Shown: piece after piece, positions 51,191 through 62,800 of the stretch
How the letters are laid out: every line of letters starts with the position of its first letter
Position numbering within the stretch: position 1 is the stretch's first letter
Notes under the pieces: generated by a model
Database searches by the model: none
What the model was told of the DNA's origin: nothing
What the model saw: the letters and a program-made list of their open reading frames with translations, nothing else
Assembly: GCA_963791045.1 (NCBI GenBank)
Contig: CAWBQK010000015.1
Location: 64,001 to 128,000 of the forward strand
DNA from: Candidatus Latescibacterota bacterium
GTDB taxonomy: Bacteria; Krumholzibacteriota; Krumholzibacteriia; WVZY01
Direction: 5' to 3'
Length of the DNA: 64,000 bases
Position numbers and translations under genes: made by a program

Positions 51191-52180
51191 TTACCGGCCG
51201 CCTCCGGCGCCCTGGGCATCCTGATTTCCCGCCTGCAGCCGTCTCAAAGCTTCCTTTTGGTCGATTTCAAGCTGTTCGGCCAGGTCGGACGGGGTGTCGA
51301 ACGCCTGTTCCTTCCTCAGAAAGCTGTGGCAATAGACCAGCAGGTGCTGGTCATAGAGATCGCCCTCGAAATTGAAAAGGTGGACCTCGGCTTCCCTCGT
51401 CTCCTCGGGCAGTGATTTCATCGTCGGGGCCCTGCCCACATTCATCATTCCATCGAACGTGTGCTCCCGGAACACCACCCGCACCGCATAGACACCCCGC
51501 GGCGGCCACAGTTTGTAAGGGTCGGTTATCGACAGGTTCGCGGTCGGAAAACCGAGCCCACGTCCCTTGCCGTGTCCCCTGACCACCCTTCCGGAAATCA
51601 GGTACGGATGGCCGAGATACGAATTCGCTTTTTCGAAATTTCCCTCGATCAACGTGTTTCTGATCCGCGTGCTCGACACAATTTCGTCGCCTTGTTCGAC
51701 CGCTTCGACAACTTCAACCGTAAAGCCGAGTTTCGACGCGTCCTTCTTTACACGCTCCGGACTCCCCTCGCGGTCCTTGCCGAAATGGCAGTCATAACCA
51801 AGAACGATGTGTTTCATGTCGAACGGTTTGAGGAGATACCTGTCTAGAAACGCCCGGTATTCAACCTCGGCAAGATGAGAGTCGAAATTCAGAACGAGGA
51901 TTCCATCGAGCGCATACCGCGACAGGATGGAAACCCTCTCCTCCATCGTAGTCAGCAACGGCGGCATCATCTTGGAATGCGTAACGACCAGCGGGTGCGG
52001 ATCGAAAGTGACGAGGTAACATTGATCGATTCCCTCGCGCCGCTTGGAGCGGATAAGCTCGCGCACGATCCGCTTGTGCCCAAGATGTACGCCGTCGAAC
52101 ACGCCCAGCGTTACCGCGCTGTTTTTGGGAGCGATCGCCCTCAGTTCTTCAACCGAACGCGCGACAACGGGTGCTGCCAT
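51191..52180 (-). CDS. ribF: Bifunctional riboflavin kinase/FAD synthetase
   Basis: GVFDGVHLGH, VSSTRIR, GFPTAN and EVH motifs; TGATG overlap with truB. Confidence 0.96.
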   Translation of the reverse strand: MAAPVVARSVEELRAIAPKNSAVTLGVFDGVHLGHKRIVRELIRSKRREGIDQCYLVTFDPHPLVVTHSKMMPPLLTTMEERVSILSRYALDGILVLNFDSHLAEVEYRAFLDRYLLKPFDMKHIVLGYDCHFGKDREGSPERVKKDASKLGFTVEVVEAVEQGDEIVSSTRIRNTLIEGNFEKANSYLGHPYLISGRVVRGHGKGRGLGFPTANLSITDPYKLWPPRGVYAVRVVFREHTFDGMMNVGRAPTMKSLPEETREAEVHLFNFEGDLYDQHLLVYCHSFLRKEQAFDTPSDLAEQLEIDQKEALRRLQAGNQDAQGAGGGR

Positions 52181-53136
52181 CAGGTCCGCGACCCCCGGTT
52201 GTTCACGAGCAGCCGGTACGAATCCACCCACGCAAGTCGATTTCTCCCCGGCCCCTCGGACCTGGATCCAATGGCGAGGAGATTGTCGTTTTCGTCGAGA
52301 ATCCGAATCGCCGGAGCCGATTCTTTCAACCCCATCGACCTCACAACGTCCGTCTGCCCCGGCAGGGCGCCATTCATAAGTGCTTTGACCGCCCGGTCGT
52401 TGATGACGATTCCGGGCAGAAAATCAAGGGCATCCGCCAGTTCCATTCCGGCAAGTCCTTCGGCGTCTCCATCGAAGAGCCGGCCGCTCGGGAACGCATC
52501 GCCGACGTTGAAGGGTCCGACCGCCGTCCGCACGAGCTTTCTGATATGCGCGGGGACGTCCAGCCGCGCGCCGAAGTCCCTCGCCAGCGCCCTGATATAA
52601 GTCCCACGCGAGCAGTTGACCCGGCACCCGACATACGGCAAATCGACCGAGGTAATTTCAAATCCGTAGATGTTGACCTTTTTGCCCTCAACCCGCGGCG
52701 TCTCCCCCGCACGAGCGAGTTCGTAGAGCCGTTTTCCATTTTTCTTGAGGGCCGAGTACGCGGGAGGTTCGAGTATACATTCTCCCAAAAAAGTCTCCGC
52801 CGTCTTCTCAAGATCCTCTGTTGAAAGCTCGGGGCACGGCGCCTCCGCATCAACCTCGCCTTCGGCATCGAGAGTCGTCGTTCCGACGCCAAGAACGATC
52901 TCAAACTCGTACCACTTCCCGAGATCCATAAACTGCTCGACGGTTCGGGTCGCCACTCCCGTGCACAGCACAAGCACGCCTTCGGCAAGCGGGTCGAGCG
53001 TCCCGGTGTGCCCCACCCGGCGAAGCCCGGATACTTTTCTCAACGCCTCAACGACGTCAAACGAGGTCGGGCCGCTTTGTTTGTTGATCACGAATATTTT
53101 GTTGTCAAATTCATTCATGTTTTTTGTCGCGATCAC
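52180..53136 (-). CDS. truB: tRNA pseudouridine(55) synthase
   Basis: GHTGTLDPLAEG, PPAYSALK and CSRGTYIRALARD motifs. Confidence 0.96.
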   Translation of the reverse strand: MIATKNMNEFDNKIFVINKQSGPTSFDVVEALRKVSGLRRVGHTGTLDPLAEGVLVLCTGVATRTVEQFMDLGKWYEFEIVLGVGTTTLDAEGEVDAEAPCPELSTEDLEKTAETFLGECILEPPAYSALKKNGKRLYELARAGETPRVEGKKVNIYGFEITSVDLPYVGCRVNCSRGTYIRALARDFGARLDVPAHIRKLVRTAVGPFNVGDAFPSGRLFDGDAEGLAGMELADALDFLPGIVINDRAVKALMNGALPGQTDVVRSMGLKESAPAIRILDENDNLLAIGSRSEGPGRNRLAWVDSYRLLVNNRGSRT

Positions 53137-53573
53137 TCGCCATCCTGCGTGGTTTCGAGATCTCCATCGTCCTCAGTCGGCCCGGCTTCATCGACATCGT
53201 CTTCGGCGATTTCGCCGTCCGAGAGTCTCTCGTTTCTAATCTGTCCGATGGCATCTTCGATCCGCATCGCCTTGTCGAGTGTATCGTCATAGACGAAACG
53301 CAGGTCGGGCGCCTGGCGAAGTTTCAGTTCGCGCCCGATCGCCGTTCGAAGAAAATTCTTGGCGCTGATGAGTCCCTTTCGCGTCTCGGTGCGCGTGCTT
53401 TCGTCACCCATCACGGTAAAATACACCTTGGCCGTGGCGAGGTCGGGAGCGACCTTGACGGACGTGATCGAGACCAGCCCGATCCTGGGATCCTTGATCT
53501 GACTGAGAATCAAGTCTCCGAGGAGCTCTTTGATCCGTCCATTGATCCGCTCTTTTCTATATGACTTTGCCAT
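53133..53573 (-). CDS. rbfA: Ribosome-binding factor A
   Basis: IKDPRI, V-x2-DL-x2-AKVY and LRQAPDLRFVYD motifs. Confidence 0.96.
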   Translation of the reverse strand: MAKSYRKERINGRIKELLGDLILSQIKDPRIGLVSITSVKVAPDLATAKVYFTVMGDESTRTETRKGLISAKNFLRTAIGRELKLRQAPDLRFVYDDTLDKAMRIEDAIGQIRNERLSDGEIAEDDVDEAGPTEDDGDLETTQDGE

Positions 53574-53589
53574 TTTTTCTCCGGTACCT

Positions 53590-53871
53590 TCAGCGAATCT
53601 CCCGAGTACAGTCGAGAATCGTTATCCGATGGTCCCTCTCCAGGAACTTGAGCACTTTGTCGCAGGTTGATTCGGCAGTTCGCCCATCCACACCAACGGT
53701 AACAATGGCCAGGGCGGCGCGTTGCCACTTGTCGTGATGATCCACTTCTGAAACGGAAACGTTGAACCGCTGGCGCAGTTTCGTTTTCACGCTGTTCAGC
53801 ACGAATCGTTTTTCTTTTAAAGAAGAACGGCCGGGCAGGTGAAGATCTATTGCAAGAAGTTTGACTATCAT
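53590..53871 (-). CDS. DUF503 (YlxP) family protein
   Basis: SLKEKR...RFNVSVSEVDHHDKWQRA; position between infB and rbfA. Confidence 0.9.
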   Translation of the reverse strand: MIVKLLAIDLHLPGRSSLKEKRFVLNSVKTKLRQRFNVSVSEVDHHDKWQRAALAIVTVGVDGRTAESTCDKVLKFLERDHRITILDCTREIR

Positions 53872-53907
53872 GATTTGATTCGGCGAATCAAATCAGCTCG
53901 CGGAGGA

Positions 53908-56610
53908 TCACACAACCTTTGCTTTTTCTTCGATCACATAGGCCTCGACAATGTCGCCTTCGCGCAAGTCGCTGATGCCCGCAACACCGATCCCGCATTC
54001 GAAGTCCTTTTGAACGTCCCTGACGTCATCCTGAAAACGTTTGAGGGAGGATAGCTTTCCGTCAAAAATCTCTTCCTCGTCGCGGAGAACCCTGACCTGG
54101 GCATTTCGGTTTATGGTCCCTTCGATGACAAACGAGCCTGCGATGAGTCCCAAACGGGAAATCCTGAAAATCTGACGAACTTCGGCGCGTCCAAGAACAC
54201 GTTCGACCATTACCGGCTCGAGCATTCCGTGAAGCGCCTCGTCAACTTCAGAAATACACTCGTAAATCACGTCGTACGCGCGAATCTCAATGCTTTCCTT
54301 CGAGGCGGCGTTAAGAGCCTCGGGAGAAACCTTCACGCCAAAGGCGATGATAATCGCGTCCGAGCTGTCCGCCAACAACACATCTGACTCGTTGACGACT
54401 CCGACACCCGAGTGAATTACCTTCACCCCGATATCCTCAACGGTGAGTAACGACAGGTTGTCGCTCAACGCTTCTATCGATCCGTTCGTGTCGCCCTTTA
54501 TGATCAACCTGAGTTCTTTTACCGCGCCTTCCTCGAACTGTGTGTACAACTCTTCGAGGGTCAGCTTCTTTGTCATTCTTCTGTCCCGGTCTTTCGCGGC
54601 TTGCTGCCTGAGAAGACTGAGATCTCGAGCTTCGCGCTCGCTCGCCACAACGGTCATCTTGTCCCCCGCTTCGGGGAGTCCGTTGCTACCGAGAACCAGA
54701 ACGGGCATCGCCGGCAGCGCTTCCTTTATCGGCTTGCCGCGGTGATCGAACAAAGCGCGGACCTTGCCGTAATGGTGTCCAATAACGAAAATATTTCCAA
54801 TGCGGAGAGTTCCCTGAGTAACGAGGACCGTGCAGAGATTCCCGCGGCCCTCCTCCTTTTTTACTTCAACGACCACGCCAAATGCGGACGCATCGGCGTC
54901 GGCCTTGAGTTCGAGGAGATCCGCCTGCAGAAGAATCATTTCGAGGAGCTTATCGATCCCGTCACCCGTCTTCGCCGACACCTCGACAAAAATAACATCT
55001 CCGCCGAATTCCTCCGCGACCACTTCGTGTTCCATCAGCTGCGTCTTAACATTCGCAGGATTCGCTCCGGGCAAATCCATTTTGTTGACGGCAACGACCA
55101 ACGGCACCTCGGCGTCCCTCGCATGGTTGACCGCTTCGCGGGTCTGCGGCATCACACCGTCGTCCGCTGCAACAACCAGAACTACGATGTCGGTGATCTG
55201 CGCGCCGCGTGCGCGCATCGCCGTGAACGCTTCGTGACCCGGCGTATCGACAAAGGTGATCTTCCCCTTGGGCAGATCAACTTCGTACGCGCCGATGTGC
55301 TGTGTAATACCGCCCGCTTCACCCGCGGCGACTCTAGTCTTCCGGATAAAGTCGAGGATCGACGTTTTGCCGTGGTCGACATGGCCCATCACGGTTACGA
55401 TCGGTGATCTTGGCGTAAATCGGCTCTCGTCGATGTCCTTTTCGGGCTTGAGCAGACTTTCGATTTCGTCGGCGACGAATTCCACGTTCATTTCGAGATC
55501 ATCCGCGATGATCTCGATCGTTTCCCTGTCGAGCCCCTGGTTGATCGTCGCTGTGATCCCCAGGTCGAGGCATCTCATTATAATATCGTTCGCGTCCGCC
55601 TTAAAAAGATCCGCAAGTTCGCGGACGGTCTGTCCTTCGACGACCTGAACGGCCTTCTCGGCGACTTCGCCGTCTTCAAGCGGCTTGCTCTTGCGTCGTT
55701 TGGTCTTGCGGGTGGTGTCTATCTTCGCCAGGGTCCGGCGAACACTCTCCCTCACCGCGCGTTCCTGAGCTTCAACATCGACGGGATCTTTTTTCTTTCC
55801 ACCCCTGCCCTTGCGGGGCGGCAACTGCTGTTCCGGTCGGCGTTTCTTCTCTGCTACCGGCCGCCGCGGATGTTCCGCCTTCTTTTCTTTGTCGGGCGCC
55901 TTGGCCGGCTTTGATACTTTGGTGTGTTCTTTTACTTCGGATCCCCGAGTCTTTTCCTTTGGTTTTGCGTCCGCCCGATGCGCCTCTTTTGGTTTTGGTT
56001 TTGGTTCGGGCTTTGGCTCGGGCTTTGGGGGCTCCGCCTGGACAATTACTCTCCCAGGAGCCTTTGGGCGTCCTTTCAAAACGGGATCGGACGTAATGAT
56101 ATCGAGGGTCGCCGACTTTTTGGATTTTTCAGCCGCTTTGTCTTCCGGTTTCTCCGCCGCGGATTTTTCTTCCTTTTTCGCTTCTACTTTGGCCTTATCG
56201 GCTTCCTCTGGTTTCTCCGGCTCCACCTTAGGCTTCGAATGCACCTTCTTTTCAACAACGGCCTTTTTTCCCGACTTGGTCTTGACCGTCACCGTACGGG
56301 TGGTCTGATCACCATCGGTTCTAATCTCTTCGGTCTTCACCGTGGTCACATCGGCCTTGCGAACAATCTTCACTTTTTTTGACGATGCCTTCTTCGCCGC
56401 GGTAGCTTCCTTATTGGCCAGCGACACTTTGGCTTCTTTGGCCTTAGCGGCGATCTTTGGCGGAAGTTTGAAGTGCTCGCTGATTTCCACGAGCATCCCG
56501 TCGTCGAGACGGCTCATGTGGCTCTTGACCTCGAAACCGGCAATAAGCAGCAGATCGACGAGGACCTCGCTCTTGGCGTTGAGTTGTTTTGCTAGCTCAT
56601 ATATTCGCAT
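53908..56610 (-). CDS. infB: Translation initiation factor IF-2
   Basis: [34 protein letters not shown] and NKMD motifs. Confidence 0.98.
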   Translation of the reverse strand: MRIYELAKQLNAKSEVLVDLLLIAGFEVKSHMSRLDDGMLVEISEHFKLPPKIAAKAKEAKVSLANKEATAAKKASSKKVKIVRKADVTTVKTEEIRTDGDQTTRTVTVKTKSGKKAVVEKKVHSKPKVEPEKPEEADKAKVEAKKEEKSAAEKPEDKAAEKSKKSATLDIITSDPVLKGRPKAPGRVIVQAEPPKPEPKPEPKPKPKEAHRADAKPKEKTRGSEVKEHTKVSKPAKAPDKEKKAEHPRRPVAEKKRRPEQQLPPRKGRGGKKKDPVDVEAQERAVRESVRRTLAKIDTTRKTKRRKSKPLEDGEVAEKAVQVVEGQTVRELADLFKADANDIIMRCLDLGITATINQGLDRETIEIIADDLEMNVEFVADEIESLLKPEKDIDESRFTPRSPIVTVMGHVDHGKTSILDFIRKTRVAAGEAGGITQHIGAYEVDLPKGKITFVDTPGHEAFTAMRARGAQITDIVVLVVAADDGVMPQTREAVNHARDAEVPLVVAVNKMDLPGANPANVKTQLMEHEVVAEEFGGDVIFVEVSAKTGDGIDKLLEMILLQADLLELKADADASAFGVVVEVKKEEGRGNLCTVLVTQGTLRIGNIFVIGHHYGKVRALFDHRGKPIKEALPAMPVLVLGSNGLPEAGDKMTVVASEREARDLSLLRQQAAKDRDRRMTKKLTLEELYTQFEEGAVKELRLIIKGDTNGSIEALSDNLSLLTVEDIGVKVIHSGVGVVNESDVLLADSSDAIIIAFGVKVSPEALNAASKESIEIRAYDVIYECISEVDEALHGMLEPVMVERVLGRAEVRQIFRISRLGLIAGSFVIEGTINRNAQVRVLRDEEEIFDGKLSSLKRFQDDVRDVQKDFECGIGVAGISDLREGDIVEAYVIEEKAKVV

Positions 56611-56644
56611 CTAAGAAAGCTCCAATAAGGGCGGAACCCGTGCC

Positions 56645-58257
56645 CTAAGTTGCGTCTCCCTGCCGGGGAGGCTCGTCCGACTCTTCCTCGCTTGCCGGCG
56701 ACAGAGTCTCTTCCTCGGTAACATCGGTTTCTTCGGTTTCTTCGGTGGCTTCTGTTTCTTCGGCGGTCTCCACCTGATCCGCATCGGCATCAGCGGCCTT
56801 TTCCTCGGGCTCGTCGCCATCGGAATCATCGGCCGGCTCATCATCATCTATCGTGTCTGCAAACAGGGTTTCCTCCGTGAGTTTCGCCGGGGGAGCCTTT
56901 TTTACACCATCTTCGTCCGTGGGCGTGTCATCGTCGAAGAGCGGTTTCTCATCAATCTTGGCGCGCTCGCGTTCCTCGTTTTCTTTATCCATCAACTCTA
57001 CGAGAGCCTTCTCCAGCTCCTCGATCGTGCCGGTAGCCGTCTCCATGAGCTTCGCCACCGTTTTGGGACCCATGCCGGGGATTTCGAGAATATCTTCTTC
57101 GGACGTTTTGGCGAACTTCTGAACGGTGCTGATACCTGCCGCCTTGAGTTTCTCGGCAATCCTGTCTGTGACGCCAACCATTTCCTCGATCGACATCGTG
57201 AGGTGCTCCTGCAGCCGTTCGCGTTGTTCGAGATCGCGGGTCGTCGTAAGATCGATCTGCCACCCGGAAAGCTTTGATGCCAAGCGAACGTTCTGACCGT
57301 CTTTGCCGATGGCGAGCGAAAGCTGATCTTCCTCGACAACAACCAGGACGTTCCTGTCATCGGAGTAGACGCGCACCGAAGAAATCTTCGCAGGGGAAAG
57401 CGCGCGGCTCACAAACGCCGGCACGTCCTCGCTCCAGGGCACGATATCAATCCGCTCACCGCTGAGTTCGTTGACAACCGCCTGGACGCGGGATCCTTTC
57501 ATTCCGACGCACGCACCCACCGCGTCAACGCGTTCGTCACGCGAATAAACGGCGATCTTCGAACGTCCGCCGGCTTCACGGGCGACGCTCTTGATATCGA
57601 TTATTCCCTCGTATATCTCCGGGACTTCCTGAGCAAAGAGCTTCTTGAGGAACTCGGGGCTCGTACGCGACAGGGTAATCATCGGCCCCTTGGCCTCTTT
57701 GTCCACCCTGACGATGCACGCGCGAATCGAGGACCCCTGGTTGTATCTTTCGCGTCGTATCTGTTCCTTCTTCGGCATCGTCGCCTCGGCGTTGCCAAGG
57801 TTGACGAGGATACCGTTTCTGTCGATTTGCTGGACGGACCCCGAAACGATCTCACCGACCCGGTTTTCGTATTCCTCGAACGTTCTGTCACGCTCGAACT
57901 CCCGGATCTTCTGCGTGAGAATCTGCTTGGCGATCTGAATCGCGTTGCGGCCGAATTCGGCGAAGGGCATGTAAATCTTAATTATGTCGCCGGGCCTGGC
58001 CTCTTCATCGTATTCCTGCGCCTCTTCGAGCGAAATTTCCAACGGCGGACTCTCTACCTCTTCGACAACTGTCTTCAACAGGTAAAGCTCAATATTTCCC
58101 TTTGCCGTCCTCCATTACCTCAACCTCGGCGGCGCTCCCCATTTTCTTCTTCACCGCGGAAGAGAAACCGGCCGAGAGGGTTTCCATCAAGACGTCTTTG
58201 TCTATACGTTTTTCGACGGATGAGATCGTTAAATGCTTCGGAAAACTGCGGGTTCAT
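56645..58257 (-). CDS. nusA: Transcription factor NusA (indels in the first ~60 codons)
   Basis: FGRNAIQIAKQ, S1, AREAGGRSK, GACVG, LAIGKDGQNVRLA and HhH; true start MNPQFSEAF overlaps the rimP stop. Confidence 0.95.
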
Positions 58258-58757
58258 TTTCGGCCGTCCTTCACCTTTCTGGACCGTTTCTGTTTCTTAT
58301 CGATCTTGTATTCCTGAGCGAAAAGGTTGGCTTTTATGATGTCCGCCAGCCGGATTTTCTTTTCGCCATCATCGGTGTCCATCACGAGGACGCCATCCAC
58401 ACACGAGAGAATAGGCCCCGTGTATGTCTTTTTTCCTTCCGCTGGATCCACAAACTGGACCCGGGCTTCGCTCCCGGTAAAGCGGACAAAGTGCTCTTCT
58501 TTGGCAAGCGGCCTGTTGCTTCCCGGCGACGAGACCTCGAGAAGATATCGGCCCGGAAAAGGGTCGAGATTGTCGAGAACAAGTCCGAGCGCACGGCTCA
58601 CCATCATGCAGTGTTTGACACTCACACCCTCGTCGCGATCGATGTAAAGCCGAACGATTGGGCTCCGGGGACTACCCACGATTTCGAGCTTCACACATTC
58701 AAACCCCAGGATCTCCAACTCTGGTGCTATGACCTTCTCTAACTCACTGTTGTTCAT
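58254..58757 (-). CDS. rimP: Ribosome maturation factor RimP
   Basis: VRLYID, C-x2-VSR and YLLEVSSPG-x2-RPL motifs. Confidence 0.95.
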   Translation of the reverse strand: MNNSELEKVIAPELEILGFECVKLEIVGSPRSPIVRLYIDRDEGVSVKHCMMVSRALGLVLDNLDPFPGRYLLEVSSPGSNRPLAKEEHFVRFTGSEARVQFVDPAEGKKTYTGPILSCVDGVLVMDTDDGEKKIRLADIIKANLFAQEYKIDKKQKRSRKVKDGRK

Positions 58758-58817
58758 AGAAGTACACCTGATGGAGAGAAAAATCGGGGCTCTGCGTCCG
58801 GTAGCGAACAGGATATG

Positions 58818-58843
58818 AAAAAAGTGGGCCCCCGCGCCCACTC
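58818..58843 (-). terminator. rimP leader terminator hairpin
   Basis: GAGTGGGC...GCCCACTTTTTT upstream of rimP, resembling the conserved rimP-leader attenuator. Confidence 0.75.
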
Positions 58844-58892
58844 ATACATCCAACAATGTAATACCAGAAACGGCTGATGTTGCAAGCAAAAC

Positions 58893-59868
58893 TTAAAAAG
58901 AAAAGTTATATAGAAAGTCCACCATGAGGGTCCCAACCTGCCGCAGAGTCTCGACCGAACATTTGTCCGGGGTGTCTTCGAGCGTGTGCCAATACTCGTA
59001 CGGAAAATGGATGAGGTCCACCGTCGGGATTCCCGCCAGCAGGAGTGGTATGTGGTCGTCATACATCGGCTGAGTTCGTTGACTTACGAATATGTCCAAT
59101 CCCAGCGTTTCGGCCCTCGCGAACAGGTCTTTGGTCAGCGTCCGGTTCGCTGCCGAGCGAATTGCCCTCCTGGAGAATCCGCGCATCCGCGGCACCGACC
59201 ATGTCGAGAAGCATGCCGCACACGGGGTGATATCCCTCAAGATTGGCCGCAAAGTGTTTAGAACCAAGAAGATAGTATTCGAGGTCGCCCTCTTTCCCAT
59301 AGTCCTCGCCATCAAAGAACACCAGATCGACGCCAATTCCCTTTGGAAGCCTGACGGACATGATGTCGGCGAGCTCCAGCAGCACCGCGACCCCGCTGGC
59401 CCCATCGTTGGCGCCCAAAATGGGCATGTTGCGGAGACTGTCCGCCTCCTCCTGGTCGGCCCGCGGCCGCGTGTCGAAATGAGCGGCGAGAAGCACGCGT
59501 TTTGTTTGATCGGGGGCGAAACTGCCAATAACATTGACGAGATTGAGTGTGCGATCACCGTAAGGATCGCTTCGCTTGAACCGCTGGAGAGACACATCCG
59601 CTCCCCGGCTCTTCAGATGATTTGCGATATACAGTACCGTGCTGTCGTGCGCGGCCGTATTGGGCGGCCGTGGTCCGAATTCGCACTGGTCAACGAGATA
59701 CCGCCACGACGGCTCGCCCGTAAACTCGATTTGCTCGTCGGCCGAGCAGCCAACGACGGAGAGAATGGCGAGGAGCAGGCATGCGAAGGGAACGGCGAAA
59801 GCACTAAAACGTAAACGTCGCGGTGATCCCGATACGAACGATGGTAGTTGTCTGATCCGATGCTTCAT
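58893..59868 (-). CDS. M28 family zinc protein, glutaminyl cyclase-like lipoprotein (one indel near 59155; start uncertain)
   Basis: Lipobox VVGC; AHFDTRP, GANDGASG, FDGEDYG, LLDMVG, DDHIP and YWHT motifs. Confidence 0.8.
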
Positions 59869-62800
59869 TGTGGGTCCTTGTAAAATCCGTAAACAGCGAA
59901 CCGTTGAGCGCCCGCGAGAAGTTGTAGGTAAGCCGCGGGGAAATTCCGAACGATGTCGTTCCGGGTATCGAGATAAAACGGCCCGGTCCCCCCGAAGAAC
60001 GACGTCCGCCGGTTTTGGAGAAATTACCATTAACGCTCGTGTCCAGTCTACTCTTGAGCGTCTTGTTTCGCAAGAACGGCAGGGGTATCTTTACCGCATT
60101 TCCGGGTGTGAAAGAATATTTCATATCCGCGGACACACGAAGATTCGTGTTCTCCGTTACGGACCCGCGGGTATCATTCATGTCTTTTCCGTACTGGACA
60201 CCAATCGTGCTCCGGATGCCGTTTTTCCACTGGAAGATGATCGACGGCGTCAAACTCTGGTTTTCACTCGTGTTCTCGAGAACACTATTCCTCTCGGATT
60301 CACGGGTCGTTTTGTTGTATGTCAGAGTGGCGCTCGTCGCCGTAAACAACCCTCGGAACGGGCCAAACTTTTCCAGCCCCTTCCAGCTCACGCTGATATC
60401 CGGCCATGTCATGTTTCTCGACTCAGTATTGGCCTCACGAAACGTCGTCGAGGTCGCCGAGCGGTTGAACCGCGCCGCGACATCAATGTTGCTGGTCAGC
60501 TGGACGCCTGAATCAAGCGTCAACCCCACAGTTTCTGAGTCGCGTTCGGGCGTATCGAGTTCTTCTCCCCTGTACATGACTCCGCTATTCGTGGTCAGGC
60601 CAAACTGGTAGGCCAGCGACGGCCGCCCTGGAATTCGCGAATAGGAGTTCGCCGTCCGTTGCGACACGGACGCGTTTATCTTTCGGATGCTGGCAAATAT
60701 TCCCGTCACTTTCTTCACGGCGAAAAGCGGGCTTATCTTGCGTTTGCTTTTTGTGGAATCGCTTTCCGCGACCGCGCCGCCGCTGGTCCCAGTTGTATCG
60801 ATTGGAGCGGCCCCCAACCCCCTTGGCTGGGGGTTGGCATTCGGATCTTCTTTCTCCATCAAACCCACGGCGCCAAAAATATTGCCCAGGTATCGTCCGA
60901 TGTCGAACCTGAGCTTTAGGCTGAATATCACGGTTCGCCGACACGTTACGCACGCCGTTCGGGTCGCCGGGTTTCTGAATGTTGGGACTGGCATCTTCGC
61001 GATAGCCCGCGCTGTAGTTGATGTCCGGGCTGAACGCCTTTATGAGAAACATCGGCGGTGGCTTGTAGTTCGCCTGGAACGAGTGGTTCCGGTTCGTCTC
61101 GGTGCCGATATCGATCCCCATCCATTCGTGGGGAAGCTTGAGATCGCGTTGGGTCTGCATCCTGAACGAGGATGTCAGCGAAGTAATCGGCACGTAAGTA
61201 ATGGAGCCCGATTCGCCTATTCCCGCGTTCCACACGAGCGGATCGGGGGACAGGCGTCCACCGACCGTTCGATATCGCTGTCCTTTCGTCCGGGATGCAT
61301 TGACGCGGTAATTGAAAGAATTCGGCCAGTAGCGAATTCCAAAATTCTTGAACAACCGCAGCCTGTGCTTACCGCTGAACGTGATCGAGTAGTCGAGTGT
61401 CCCGCTCATGGTCAGTGTCGTGTCCGCGCTCGACGGTGTTTTCTGACGCGACTGACTCATCGAGTAGTTCGCCTTGAGTTTGTCGAATGAATATTTGAGG
61501 AGCGGGTTTTTTGAACCGCTCCTGGTGAGCGTGGTGCTGAATCCACGGAGGGTGGTTTGGCTCTTCATGCTGTCCTGAACGGCAGAGTCCGAAATCTCGG
61601 TATCGCTGTTCGGCATAAATTTGGGCAGATTCGTGTTCTGGCTGAAACTCCCCGTCACGGGCACTTTGAAACCGAACAACGGGAAAAAATGTTCGATGCT
61701 CGTTTTGGCGCTGAGCGACACGGAGTTCGTGTTGGTGCCGCTTCCCCTTTTTTGACCGAACGGAGTATAATCCGCGCCCGTTTGCTGCCAGCTTCCACTA
61801 AGGGAAATCACATTCCCCATGTTCAGCGAACCTGTCACACGCTGGGCCGTATCGATATCCCGTCTTCGATTTCCGAGGTAAATATCGTTGATCCACACTT
61901 CGCCCGTCACCGACCGGTCACTCTTGTTCCGGAGCCCGGCGTAGAGGAAGCGGACGTTAAACATACTCGGTTTGTTCGGCCGCCCGACCATGCGAACGGT
62001 ATACGTTCTGCTCGGATCGGCCATGTCCTGCGCCGTTCCGACAACAACCGAGTCATCCGGCTCGAACTTGAGATCGGAGAAATCGGCAAGATCCACGAGA
62101 ACTCGAGACCAGTTGCCATCGCTGAAAAACTGGGATGTCAGGGGGATCTGTATTTCGTAGAACGTGAGGCTGTCGAACGCCATCCGGAAAAAATACTCCA
62201 GGTCAGGATCTATCTTGTCCGTATGAACGAACATGTTGAGATCCTGGTATGTCGAAAAGTCCAACCCCGCCCCGGTGAACCGTTTTCGAATTCGCCACGA
62301 GTGGCCCGGAGCGATGTTTTCATAGTCTACGAGAAGCGACTGTTCTTTTTCCGCGATGTCGTTCTGAATGTTCGGCTGGACCGGCGGGTTGTATTTCGTC
62401 GGGTCCGTTTTGGTGCTTATGACACCGAGCGCGAATCTCTCGATAAGCGTGTCGGGCATTACGACAAGGCTATCGGCGAGCGTTCTGAGACCGTCCTCAT
62501 CCCACCGGTTGCCGACGAACTTGAAGCCGCATATCTGGATCCTGCTCCGGCGCGGGCTCACGGTGTCGCTTATGTGATCGAACCAGATTCTCATGTGTTT
62601 GATCTGTTCGATCGCCGGCTTCCCGTCTTTCTTGATTTCGGCGTAATCTCCGAGATTAATACGGTACTGCCGCCAGGAATCCAGACTGTCGGTGTAGAAG
62701 TCATTCGGCGGGTTGAAATCCCTGCGAACATCGACCACCGCGCTGTCGGACAAATCGATGATATAGGTAAAGTATGCGTTCGCCGTTTCAAGCTGCCCCG

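Noticed and set aside
55985-56035. Tandem repeat in infB ([15 protein letters not shown])
   Set aside because: Ordinary low-complexity linker of the IF-2 N-terminal region.
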